Shown piece after piece: positions 1 to 9,859 of a stretch of 11,643 nt of DNA. This stretch comes from Paraspadella gotoi. Lineage: Eukaryota; Animalia; Chaetognatha. The notes beneath the pieces were generated by a model, which searched no databases, was not told where the DNA came from, and saw only the letters and a program-made list of their open reading frames with translations. Position 1 is the first letter of the stretch, and every line of letters starts with the position of its first letter. The stretch is taken from contig JBJCIZ010001157.1 in the NCBI GenBank assembly GCA_051294375.1, positions 1 to 11,643 of the forward strand. The letters are read 5' to 3'. The translations under genes were made by a program, and so were the position numbers.

Positions 1-52
1 TTTTTTCGCTCGAAAGAGCTCCAACGATTTTCACCGTCGACCGTGAGAGAGA

Positions 53-68
53 TCACGTGATCACGTGA
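53..68. promoter_or_regulatory. Tandem TCACGTGA E-boxes forming a 16-bp palindrome
   Basis: TCACGTGA at 53-60 and 61-68. This matches the extended E-box/CLEAR-type core bound by MiT/TFE (Mitf) and USF factors. Function is inferred. Confidence 0.4.
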
Positions 69-112
69 CTTGTTAGGACGTCGGGATTTTCTTTCCTTGT
101 TTTTCCTGTTTT

Positions 113-614
113 TTTTTCTCCCATTGAAAAATAAGGACCCGTGGTCCGACGTTGTACTCACAAAAGGAGATAAGTTTAAAAATATTTTTTCTCCAATTTA
201 GGCTAGTAAAATTACGCTATTATTATACATCATATATTATTTTTCTCCCATTGAAAAATAAGGACCCGTGGTCGAACGTTGTACTTACAAAGAAGATAAG
301 TTTAAATATACTTTTTCTCCAATTTAGGCGAGTAAAATCACGCTTCTATTATACATCATATATCATTTTTCTCCCATTGAAAAATAAGGACCCGTGGTCC
401 AACGTTGTACTTACAAAAGAAGTTAAGTTTAAATATACTTTTTCTTCAATTTAGGCTAGTAAAATTACGCTACTATTATACATCATATATCATTTTTCTC
501 CCATTGAAAAATAAGGACCCGTGGTCCAACGTTGTACTTACAAAAGAAGTTAAGTTTAAATATACTTTTTCTTCAATTTAGGCTAGTAAAATCACGCTAC
601 TATCATACATATAT
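113..614. repeat. Tandem minisatellite, ~127-bp unit, ~4 copies
   Basis: The anchor CTCCCATTGAAAAATAAGGACCCGTGGTC begins at 118, 245, 371 and 498 (spacing 127/126/127). Whole units align with only scattered substitutions. Confidence 0.97.
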
Positions 615-1094
615 CGGTTACGATTGTAATTTGAAAACTAGAAACTCAAAAATATTTCTGACCGACCAAAGAACAAAATATATTGACCGACGTCGGACGA
701 TCGGACAGACCCCTTTTTTTATTTTTCGGGCAACCGACGCCCTCCGGTTCAAGTCAAGGCACGAGCGGCGTTTCTTATTCTCGCCACCAGGGCGCCACTT
801 TTTCTCTTTGTTCCTTTTTTTCCTCTCCAGCGCGACGAACGTTATTTATGAGGGAAAAGAGAAAAAAAAAAACTTTCCTTTTATTTTTTTCATTTATGCA
901 TTAATGGGTTTTTTTTTTTCCATCCAGGGAAGGAAGTTTTTATTTCAAAACTTTTCTCCCCTCATATTTTTTCACTCTTTTTTCGTTTTGTGTTTTTTTT
1001 TTATCTTTTTTTTTTTTTATGGTCTTCTGGGATTTTTAATTCGGAAAAAAATATTAGTAATTCTTTGTGGAGCGAAAAACTCGATATCCTCCCC

Positions 1095-1517
1095 GGGGAG
1101 GGATAAAGGGAGGAATGAGGGTGCATTTGAGTGTTAGGGAAAGGGCCGGGCAAAGTGGGAGGGGAATTGGGGGGAAGGGATAAAGGGAGGAATGAGGTGC
1201 ATTTGGGTGTTAGGGGAAAGGGCCGGGCAAAGTGGGTGTGAGAATTGGGGAAGGGATAAAGGGAGGAATGAGGTGCATTTGGGTGTTAGGGGCAAGGGGC
1301 CGGGCAAATGGGAGGGAATTGGGGAAGGGATAAAGGGAGGAATGAGGTGCACTTGGGTGTGTAGGGGAAAGGGGGCGGGCAAAGTGGGAGGGGAATTGGG
1401 GGAAGGGATAAAGGAGAATGAGGTGCATTTGGGGGTTAGGGAATGGGGGCGGGCAAAGTGGAGGGGAATTGGGTTGGGGTTGGAGAAAGAGGGCGGGCAA
1501 AGCGGAAGGGGAATTGG
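1095..1517 (+). repeat. G-rich minisatellite, ~76-bp unit, ~5.5 copies
   Basis: The anchor GGATAAAGG begins at 1101, 1178, 1254, 1328 and 1406. Unit is approximately GGGGAAGGGATAAAGGGAGGAATGAGGTGCATTTGGGTGTTAGGGGAAAGGGCCGGGCAAAGTGGGAGGGGAATTG, with a decayed partial copy at the 3' end. Confidence 0.96.
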
Positions 1518-1604
1518 TCTGGTTAGTTGAAAGTGGTTATGAAGGCAAAAAGGAATAAGAATTATAGAAGGAAAATGTTTAAGAGACAATTTAAGGGAAA
1601 AGGT

Positions 1605-1640
1605 GAGTAAAAGAGTAAAAGAGTAAAAGAGTAAAAGAGA

Positions 1641-1672
<32 letters not shown>

Positions 1673-1682
1673 AAAAAAAAAA
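1605..1682 (+). repeat. (GAGTAAAA)4 followed by an A20-G-A22 poly(A) tract
   Basis: Four 8-mers at 1605-1636; A runs at 1640-1659 and 1661-1682. Confidence 0.95.
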
Positions 1683-2206
1683 TGGAACCAGATATTTGCG
1701 TCACCTATGACGCCATTCCGTTCACCCTTCACGTGTCAACCTCATCCAGCGTTCGTCACCTGATCCTTCTGATCGATATGTTATTGTAATTATTCGTTCG
1801 CTTTGAAAATAGGATTGTGTGGCGAATCCTAAATTTTGTATTTCGATCAAGACGTATCAGGATTCTTAATTATAGAGTTAAAAAGTAAGATTTTCTTAGA
1901 GGAGCTGAGATAAAGTTTAAACTATCAAAAGTGTTTTCTCTCACTCAGGCACATTTTGTCACAGAAGACGTCTTTTTTTATTCTCAAAGTTAAAAAAAAA
2001 TTGGAAGAAGCAAATTTTTGAGTTAAAAAAAGTATATATATTACATCATCTTAACAATTAGTTATATACCTAATGTTATTTTCTCATGATTTACCGGAGG
2101 CGTCTCCCGTTTATTGTGTTCTTTAAACTGCGATATCACAACGAGCGCACGACCTCCTTCCTTAACATTTCCGGTTTCTTCGAATGCCCAAGAGGGAGAG
2201 TTACGA

Positions 2207-2208
<2 letters not shown>

Positions 2209-2275
<67 letters not shown>

Positions 2276-2287
2276 CTCTCTCTCTCT
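2209..2287. repeat. (CT)n microsatellite, interrupted
   Basis: Read directly from the sequence. Confidence 0.97.
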
Positions 2288-2498
2288 GTATTTCTCTGTC
2301 TTTCTCTTTTCGTTCAATTTTGCGGTCACAATTTTTTTTCACCTTTTTTTTGTTGTCGTTTAGAGATGCTCTTTTTTCTGTTTCGTCTTGAGGGCGTGTC
2401 TATGGCGCCTTTCCTCAGGCGAGCTTCGTTTGCACTTAAGATTCCCTCGCACGCTCTCTGCGATGTCGTCGCATCCTTCGTTGCGGACAACGCCGTGG

Positions 2499-2554
2499 AC
2501 AAGGTCAAAGTCTGGCGTATGAAAGGTCATTAGATCGAACCCTGTCATTGACAC
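2499..2554. promoter_or_regulatory. Putative nuclear-receptor/TALE motif cluster
   Basis: CAAGGTCA at 2500-2507, AAAGGTCA at 2522-2529, and the dyad TGTCA-T-TGACA at 2543-2553. Confidence 0.35.
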
Positions 2555-2577
2555 TTTTTCGTTCAGTGAACAGGATC

Positions 2578-2751
2578 CAACAACGACAAAAACAACAACA
2601 AAAACACACAATAAAAACGAAAAGTAAAACTTCAAAAACAACAATAACTGCAACCATTAAAAATAATACAAATTCGACAATAATAACAAAAACTTCAACG
2701 ACAACAAAAACAAGCATCCACAACGACGACGACGACGACGACGACGACGAC
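2578..2751. repeat. A/C-rich low-complexity tract (degenerate ACA/AAC) ending in (GAC)9
   Basis: CAACAACGACAAAAACAACAAC... tract, then a perfect GAC x9 at 2725-2751. Confidence 0.9.
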
Positions 2752-2880
2752 TACCTGACTTTCGAGGAAGCGTCATAAAGAAAAAAAAGGAAAAAAGAGG
2801 CCGCGTCGAGGTTTAAATCTCAATCGGAATCCATCACAGACCAAAATCGTGACCCGAGCGAAGAATTTGCTTCCGCCAAC

Positions 2881-2965
2881 GAGAGGAGGGAGAGGAGGAG
2901 GAGCAGGAGGAGGAGGAAGAAGAAGAAGAGAGGGACTGACTCGACAAATTGATGATGGCTACCCC

Positions 2966-3022
<57 letters not shown>
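2881..3022. repeat. (GGA)n/(GAA)n tract and (GA)n microsatellite
   Basis: GGA/GAA triplets at 2881-2932; GA dinucleotide run at 2966-3022. Confidence 0.95.
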
Positions 3023-3025
<3 letters not shown>

Positions 3026-3821
3026 TGGTAGTAAAGAGAAGCGCATTTGCCATTTCTTCGACATCCATCTTTCTTTTTACGAAGGATGGAAGCCGAAAAA
3101 GAACTCACCTTTTTTTCCCTTTTTTCTTGTGATGTGTTGTGAGGGGAGGGGATGAGGAGAAAGAGGGAGGAAAGGAAGGAAAAGAAAAAGAAAAAAAAAC
3201 AGTGAGGGGCTAGGGAAGGGCTTCGCAGAAAGAGTCGGTGGGTAGCGTGCGGGGGCGGAAAGTTTTTTTCCACGATTTCGAACAAATGACTCGCGCAAGA
3301 TCGTCTATTTGGGAAAAAAAACGTGAAAGAAAACGATTTTTAATGACTATATTTTGTAATTAGCTATTGATTTTAATATTCCTTTCTTTAAACTTTGTTT
3401 GTATAGATTTTAACTTTTTTTTTCCCCTTTTTTGTTAGTTAATTGTTCGGTCTATTTTCATTAATCTTTTTCCTACACAAATGGTAATACAAAAAAAAAC
3501 TTAATGACACAAAGAAATTTGAAATGAAAAATTGTGTCTTTTAAAAATAAATTGCTAAAATGTTTTTTCATACAAACAGACCGTACGGACCGACCAAAAA
3601 CTTTTTCCTCATAAAGTCATCCACAGTCTCCCCTTTTTTTCGTCAGAACGGAGGGGGGCCCGTACGTTATGGAAATTATCATTTTTTTTCATCCTCCCCT
3701 CCGCCCGTTCGTGTTGCCACGGCCCCTCCTAAGTCCGAACCTCACGCTTCGTCTCTCTCTTCTCTCGCAGCCTCGCATCTCGCATGAGGCATAAAAGAGT
3801 CGACCGTAAACTGGCGATAAA

Positions 3822-3848
3822 TCGTCGTCGTCGTCCGCGTCGTCGTCG
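3822..3848. repeat. Interrupted (TCG)n microsatellite
   Basis: TCGTCGTCGTCGTC-CGCG-TCGTCGTCG. Confidence 0.85.
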
Positions 3849-3917
3849 AGCAATAATAAATAAGCAATCCGCAAGGATAGACGTGAGGATACTTTGATGC
3901 TTTAGGCGAGTTAGTGC

Positions 3918-4023
3918 GAGAGAGAGAGAGGAGAGAGAGAGAGGAGAGAGAGGAGAGAGAGGGACGAAGGAAGAGAGAGAGAGAGGACCGCGAGAGAGAA
4001 GAGAAGAGAGAGACAGAGAGAGA
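3918..4023. repeat. Degenerate (GA)n microsatellite
   Basis: Read directly from the sequence. Confidence 0.95.
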
Positions 4024-4838
4024 TTAATTCTTTTTTTCTCAATAAAATGAAAAAAGCAGTTATTTCCTCGCGACATGGGAGATCGAAATGAAAAATCTAT
4101 GAGCGCGAGCGGGCCTGTTTTTCTTTCCTCCATCTCTCTTCTTTTAGTAATTCTCTTTTCCTCTATCTTCCCGCACCGTAAACCGATCTTATTCACGATC
4201 ACATCCTTAGGCTCATTTGTGACAGTAGTAATACTTTTAGTTACAAATTTAGTTGATCATTTTTTCCATTCTCTTGACTTCATTTAACCATTGATAAATA
4301 TAACTTCTGTCTTAATCGCTAATTGTCCCCTTTCCACTTTGTTTCTCCTAATCGACTAACGCGTCGTCGATCCGTCTTCGATCCATTTTTTCTTACCCCG
4401 TCGAAAACTCTACCGCCATTCACGCGGCATATTTAGCGGCACAGTGGTCGGCGGCTCAAAGCGTCCAACCGTCTCGCGTTGCCAAGCTACGGTTGCAGAG
4501 AAGCCTCCTTGCTATTTAGCGATTGGAAGGCACAAACGTGTGCTTGAAAAAGATGCGACATGAGAGTCTTTAACGTCGCTAAGCGACGGAACATAAGCGC
4601 GATTTGCCGAGGCGACGGGTAACGGGACCCGCTCGACACCGCGTATGGGGGCCCATTGGAGAATTAGTTCGGTGAGAATAGAGTGCGAATATAAATCTGC
4701 AGAGAAAGGGTAGGAGAAGAGAGGGACGATAGAGAGTGATGAGAGAACTATTTTCCGAACAGTCTCATTTTTCTGTCTGTAGAATGTTCTTATATAAATT
4801 ATTAATATCTAAATCCTTCAATTATATCCAGCTCATGA

Positions 4839-4930
4839 CCATAACCCTCCTCATCCCTAAAACTAAACAAAATCCTTTACCTAATCCCTAACCCTAATCT
4901 CATTACCTAATCCCCGATCCTATTCCCTGA
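4839..4930. repeat. Degenerate hexamer repeat resembling (CCCTAA)n
   Basis: CCCTAA, CCTAATCCCTAACCCTAATC and ACCTAATCCC with loose 6-bp periodicity. Confidence 0.6.
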
Positions 4931-5410
4931 CATATAAATGTTAAAACTTAAAATCTTTATTTAATTTTAATTGATTTTATGAATTTAAGCTGAAAAAAGA
5001 ATGCTTTTTAGAAAAGATGGCCTAAAAGGCAGTGAGAGAACATGATGGTACTGTCGGTGCGCACAAGAAAGGAGATGGAGACTTGAGAGGGCAAAAGGAA
5101 AGCAGTTGGGAATCGAGGTATCGATTGGCGAGAGAGTGAGATGTGGACAACGACGACCCCCGCGGAAGAAGGGGAGGGTGAAGAGCATTAGTGCGGCGGG
5201 AAGGACATTAGGTGATAAAAAGGAAAGGAAAAGGAAGAGAAGAAAAGGAAGAGACGATAGTTTACGTTGGAGTGGAAAAGAGAGGGGAAAAGAAATAGAG
5301 GAAAAGAGAGGAAACCTTTAAAGTTGATTGAAATAAAGAAAATAAAAAACAAGGATGGTTTAAAAGAAGAATTTGAAGGAAAGAGAAAGAAGAAAATAGA
5401 GGAAAGAGAA

Positions 5411-5890
5411 AAGTTTAAAGGGGAATAGGAAACGAGGCGAAAATAAAAAGAGACGGAAATAGCAAAATATTGGCTTTTTAAGGGGGAATAAGGAAGTTGA
5501 AGAAAATAAAAGAGAGGAAAATAGCAAAATATGTGTAAGGGGAAAAGGAAAAGAAGAGAAATAAACAGAGAAGAAATAGCAAATTATGGTTTAAAGGGGA
5601 AATAAGGAACAATGATGAAAATAAAAGAGAGAAAATAGCAAATATGGTTCTAAAGGCGGAATAAGGGAAAATGATGAAAAATTAAAGAGAGGAAATAGCA
5701 AATATGGTTGAAGAGGGGAAATAAAAAAATAAGGAAAATAAAGCGAGACAATAACAAATATGGTTCTAAAGAGGTATAAGGGAAACGGTGCAAATTAAAG
5801 AGAGGAAGTAGCAAAAGATGGTAAAGGGGAATAAGGAAACGAGGAAAAATGGAGAGGCAAATATCAAATAGGTTTAAAGGGGAATTTAGA
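5411..5890 (+). repeat. Old, diverged purine-rich minisatellite, ~58-bp unit, ~8 copies
   Basis: The TAGC/TAAC/TATC-AAA anchor recurs at 5460, 5522, 5577, 5636, 5696, 5752, 5809 and 5862. Consensus is approximately AAAATAAAAGAGAGGAAATAGCAAATATGGTTTAAAGGGGAATAAGGAAACGATG. It is preceded by a purine-rich low-complexity tract from ~5210. Confidence 0.9.
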
Positions 5891-6556
5891 AAAAAAATTA
5901 AAAAAAATAGAGGAAAAAGGAGAGCACTTGGAAAAAGACGGGAAAATAAAAGAGGCTCGACGTTCGAGGGTCCGTTCAATCTGCGCTCACACTCTTCTTC
6001 TCCTTTTCTTTTCTTCCTACAGGATTCACAGTCCACTTTCACGTCTTCACTTCGCAGCCTCTATTATCCGTTCGACCTACTACGACTCACCTCACTTTAA
6101 TCTTCACACTCTTCTTCTTTAGACAGAGTTTCTTTCCAAATTAGAGATTTAAAACTTCCTCTAACCAAATTCCCTGTTCAGATTAAAACTTCTGTAATTT
6201 CATAATTCAAACCATTTTCACTTTTTTTTTCCCTTCCCATTTTTACTTCTTCTCAAAATGTCCATAAACGCTTGAAAATGAATACTGCTGCTTCAATCAA
6301 TTACCCAAAAATATAAAACCTCATTAAAAATATGAACTTCCCGCCCAGAGGCTCTCCCAAGAACCCGAACGACCCTTCTTCACCCCACAAAATCCGCTCC
6401 CTTCCAGAACCCCCACCACGCATTCCCGCCAAAACTCAGGCGCGAACGCCCCTCCTGGGGCAAAACGGGTCGCCGAGGACAGCCATAGATTCTGTCATCC
6501 TCAATTCTTAGCCGACTGTCTCCTCGAATCGCTCGCACCTTCCTCTCACCCTCACC

Positions 6557-6602
<46 letters not shown>
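6557..6602. repeat. (CT)n microsatellite
   Basis: Read directly from the sequence. Confidence 0.97.
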
Positions 6603-6605
<3 letters not shown>

Positions 6606-7021
6606 ACCCCACCCCATCCCCGCACCTTGCACCCAACCCCCCTCGCAGCTCTCGCGGGAGGAGAAAAACTGAGCTTCAATTCTCCGAGACTCTTCAATTT
6701 TTTTTCTTGTCGTTCAAAATGTTTTTCTTTTACCACTGTTTTTTCCCTGTCCTATCAATTTACCCATTAGTTTTATTCTTTTCTCTTCTGTCTCTTTTCT
6801 TCGTCCTGTTTTGTGTGATTTTTTCTTTATTTGATTTTTTATCTTTTCAAATTGCTATCTAAATCGTCGTTATTTTTATCATTAGCTTATAACAAAATGA
6901 ATAAACTCCAAAATTAAATGAAAGAATTCGAGGAATCGGCAGCAGCTCTTATATCCGTTCGGCTTCAAATAAGCTTCCCCGTTGGGGCATCTCTACCTTA
7001 GGGGAAAAGATTTTAGATCAT

Positions 7022-7041
7022 TTAGGGGGTGTACCCCCTAA
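7022..7041. repeat. Inverted repeat TTAGGGGGT-GT-ACCCCCTAA
   Basis: Perfect 9-bp arms at 7022-7030 and 7033-7041 around a 2-nt centre. Confidence 0.85.
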
Positions 7042-7414
7042 TGCGAACATAATGTAGGCTGTGTAACCCCCTGTGAATAGATTTTTAACTCTTTTCAGTG
7101 GCGCTCCCAAATTTACTAGTTCATTGGGAAAATAAATACCATTACCCCCAATGTAACCCCAGAGAGGTAGAAAAAATCTTCCCGCCTGGGTATAAGAAAT
7201 ATTAAACAGGGTCAATTTTAAACAAAAAAAAGCTAGGATTTTTAAATCTATCCTTTTACTAAACTCTTTTTTTCCTTTCACTCTCCTTTATTTATTACTT
7301 TTATTATATTTATATATTATATTTTAATTTAAATCTAATTCCTAATATAAATTACCCATATTACCCCCTTTAATTTATTGACTTTTCAGCATAAACCAAT
7401 AGTGATTCGTCTCA

Positions 7415-7470
7415 TCTCTCTCTCTCTCTCCTCTTCTCTTCTTTCTCTCTCTCTCTCTCTCTACTCTCTC
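7415..7470. repeat. (CT)n microsatellite, interrupted
   Basis: Read directly from the sequence. Confidence 0.95.
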
Positions 7471-7905
7471 TTCCACCAATCCCACTCCACAGCCACACAA
7501 TTCCCACTCTTTTTTTCTTCATGCGCCGATTTCTCTAAATCCGAAACCTCCGGCAAGAAAAAAAAACGTTTCAAGGTCTCAAAATCGTTTCACGCGAGGG
7601 GAAAAAAATCTTTTTTCGGAGCGAAACTAGTTCCGCGTGCCAAACTATGGAAGAAGAAATATGACTTTGACGAAAATAAGAGAGACAAACTGGAAGAGGA
7701 AAAAGGGGAATAATGTCACGTCCAACAGTCAAGTAAAATATAGAATTTTAATCATTTTAATAAAACCTTTTCAAAAGAAATTATAATTTCGGATAGAAAA
7801 TGATAAATTTATTACACGTTTTAAATAGCATTTTAGATTTTAATATCGTTTTTGATTTCTTCTAGCATCATTTTACTTTTGCCACAAAGTTGAGATAGAG
7901 TGTAC

Positions 7906-7985
7906 AGAGAGAGCGCGCGAGAAGAGAGAGAGAGAGATGAGAGAGAAGAGAGAGGAGAGAGAGCAGAGAGAGACGGAGAAAGAGA
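7906..7985. repeat. Degenerate (GA)n microsatellite
   Basis: Read directly from the sequence. Confidence 0.95.
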
Positions 7986-8673
7986 TATAATATTAAGTGC
8001 GTGCCAAAATTGAACACTTTTTATGAAACTTTAATTCTCTTCAAAAAAATTGCCTTTTTCCTTCATATTACTAAAATCGATTCTTCATATGCAACTTTAT
8101 TGCAATTAGTTTCATTGGGTTGTTGCCACTGAAGCTTTTAAATATTTATTAATATACAACAAAATGACAAAAATTTTTTAAAAAAGTTAGTTTTTAAGAA
8201 CGGGAAATTCACCTATAAACGCGTTTGAAAAGTATTAAATGAAGTTAGTACTTACAATTTTTTTTAAAATTTTGACACAGAAGAGTTGGATTAAAACACA
8301 GCAAAAAAACGGTTAAAAAATCACTCTATCATCATTCATCATTGGATGAATTTATATGTTGATTTTTTAAAATTTTTGACTCACACCTAAAACAAAAAAA
8401 ATTTAAAAATTTGCTATTAACTAACCCTTTATTAACTTTTTAAAGGCTCTATTCAGAATCCATCTAAAAGAAAGTTAGAAAGAATTTCAAAAAAAATTTT
8501 TTAAACGGTTATATATAGTAATAATAATCTTTAAACATGCTTCCGTTGCGCGTATTTAATAACGATAATTTTTTAAAATATTTTTTATTTCATATTCTCT
8601 AAAAACAGTCAACTTATCATTAATTTATAGTTGACGAGAAACCTTTTCTAGCTTTTCAACCTGTTCCGCCTGA

Positions 8674-8742
8674 ATATATATATATATATATATATTGATC
8701 GAGAGAGACGGAGAAGGAGAATATATATATTATATATAATAT
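8674..8742. repeat. (AT)n - GA-rich - (AT)n compound simple repeat
   Basis: AT run at 8674-8695, GAGAGAGACGGAGAAGGAGA at 8701-8720, imperfect AT run at 8721-8742. Confidence 0.9.
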
Positions 8743-8820
8743 ACTCCTATATAGTCTTCATAATTTACTTTCCTGCCACAAATGTAGAGAGCAGACAAGA
8801 GAGAGGTGAAAGAAGAAGCC

Positions 8821-8903
8821 GAGAGAGAAGAGCAGATGAGAGAGAGAGCAAAGAGAGATGAGAGAGAGAGAGAGAGAGAAGAAGAGAGAGAGAGAGAGAG
8901 AGA
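8821..8903. repeat. Degenerate (GA)n microsatellite
   Basis: Read directly from the sequence. Confidence 0.95.
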
Positions 8904-9062
8904 TATGGAGACAAAAGAAGAAAAAGATGGAGACAGAGGGACTTTGGTTACTTATTGGCAAGCCGCGTGCGTCGCCATTGACGCGTCCCCTCGCGGATTC
9001 GAGAAATCCGTCAACACTGCCAGGAGAAATCTTCGATGTCGGGCGAAAGATATTACTGAGCT

Positions 9063-9065
9063 AGA

Positions 9066-9133
<68 letters not shown>
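9063..9133. repeat. (GA)n microsatellite
   Basis: Read directly from the sequence. Confidence 0.97.
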
Positions 9134-9640
9134 GATTTGAAAAATTAGTATTCAATTGAAACTCGCTATCTTTGCTAGGACAAACCATAAAATGCTAATG
9201 CAAAAACTAAAAATTATTTGCTTGGTGTATCACGTCTGTCACCTTTCACTAGATTATATGTTGAAAGTCTCACGAAAATCCCGTCCATTGCGATGGTTGT
9301 TTTAGGTCTCGTTGCGTCAAAAAGTTCGGACGGTTGTTTCGGACGGACGACCTCACTGGTTTCGTTGATTTTCTTTAACTTTCAGTTATTCAATCTCTTC
9401 ATATCCCACTTTCTCTTCAACATATTAAACAATATTTTAATCACAGCATCCGCTTTGTTCGCGATATCCCCATGTGATTCCGCGCCGCTCCAGAATATTC
9501 ACATCCTTAACAAATTTCGCATGCAGCCCGCTAACAAAAAAAAAATAAATTGCCTCTAAGAAGGCCTTTTCGCTATTCGTTCTCTTTCATTCGCCTGCTT
9601 TCATCCCCTCCTAAATCCTCAGTATCCCCACTAATCCCTT

Positions 9641-9859
9641 CCGCTTCTCTTCTCTCTTCCAATGACCCTTCCTCACGCGATCTTTTCTCCTCATATTCCT
9701 CCCTTCTTCCATCGTCTTCCTTCGTCTATCTTCCTCTCTTTCATCCCCTGCGTCTGACCTCACTTCCCCTTACCCCCCCTCCTTCCCTCTCCTCCCTTCC
9801 TCCCCCCTCCCTCTCTCTCCCCTCCCTCTCTCTCTTCGTCATCCTCCCCGTCGCCTCCT
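9641..9859. repeat. Long polypyrimidine (C/T) low-complexity tract
   Basis: The + strand is dominated by CT, CCT and CCCT runs. Confidence 0.9.

Noticed and set aside
113-614. CRISPR-like array
   Set aside because: The entire 127-bp unit is repeated with no unique spacers, there are no cas genes, and the context is eukaryote-like.
152-1137. 100-aa and 201-aa ORFs
   Set aside because: They have non-ATG starts and translate the tandem repeat and poly-T runs (F-rich); no recognisable domain.
1134-1589. Pro-rich and Gly-rich ORFs on both strands
   Set aside because: They are by-products of the G-rich minisatellite; unit length varies from 74 to 78 bp, so frame is not preserved.
2751-2757. CTACCTG (reverse complement of the Zelda motif CAGGTAG)
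   Set aside because: A single occurrence at a microsatellite edge is compatible with chance.
2548-2778. Q/T-rich ORF with a poly-Asp run
   Set aside because: TTG start, low-complexity A/C tract plus (GAC)9, and no convincing exon boundaries; better explained as simple repeat.
4839-4930. Interstitial telomere
   Set aside because: Only two adjacent perfect CCCTAA units; too degenerate to call telomeric.
1600-6092. Isolated AG|GTGAGT donor-like motifs (+ strand ~1603; - strand ~3103-3110 and ~6086-6093)
   Set aside because: None has an associated acceptor or exon, or a preceding pyrimidine tract on its own strand.
7966-8715. 15-bp direct repeat GAGAGAGACGGAGAA (7966 and 8701) as a target-site duplication around an AT-rich insert
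   Set aside because: The repeat is low-complexity GA sequence, and I saw no terminal repeats or tail defining an element between the copies.
8806-9159. RE-repeat ORF resembling SR/RE-rich proteins (likewise ORFs at 2086-2533, 2820-3298 and 9905-10495)
   Set aside because: These are direct translations of GA/CT microsatellites.
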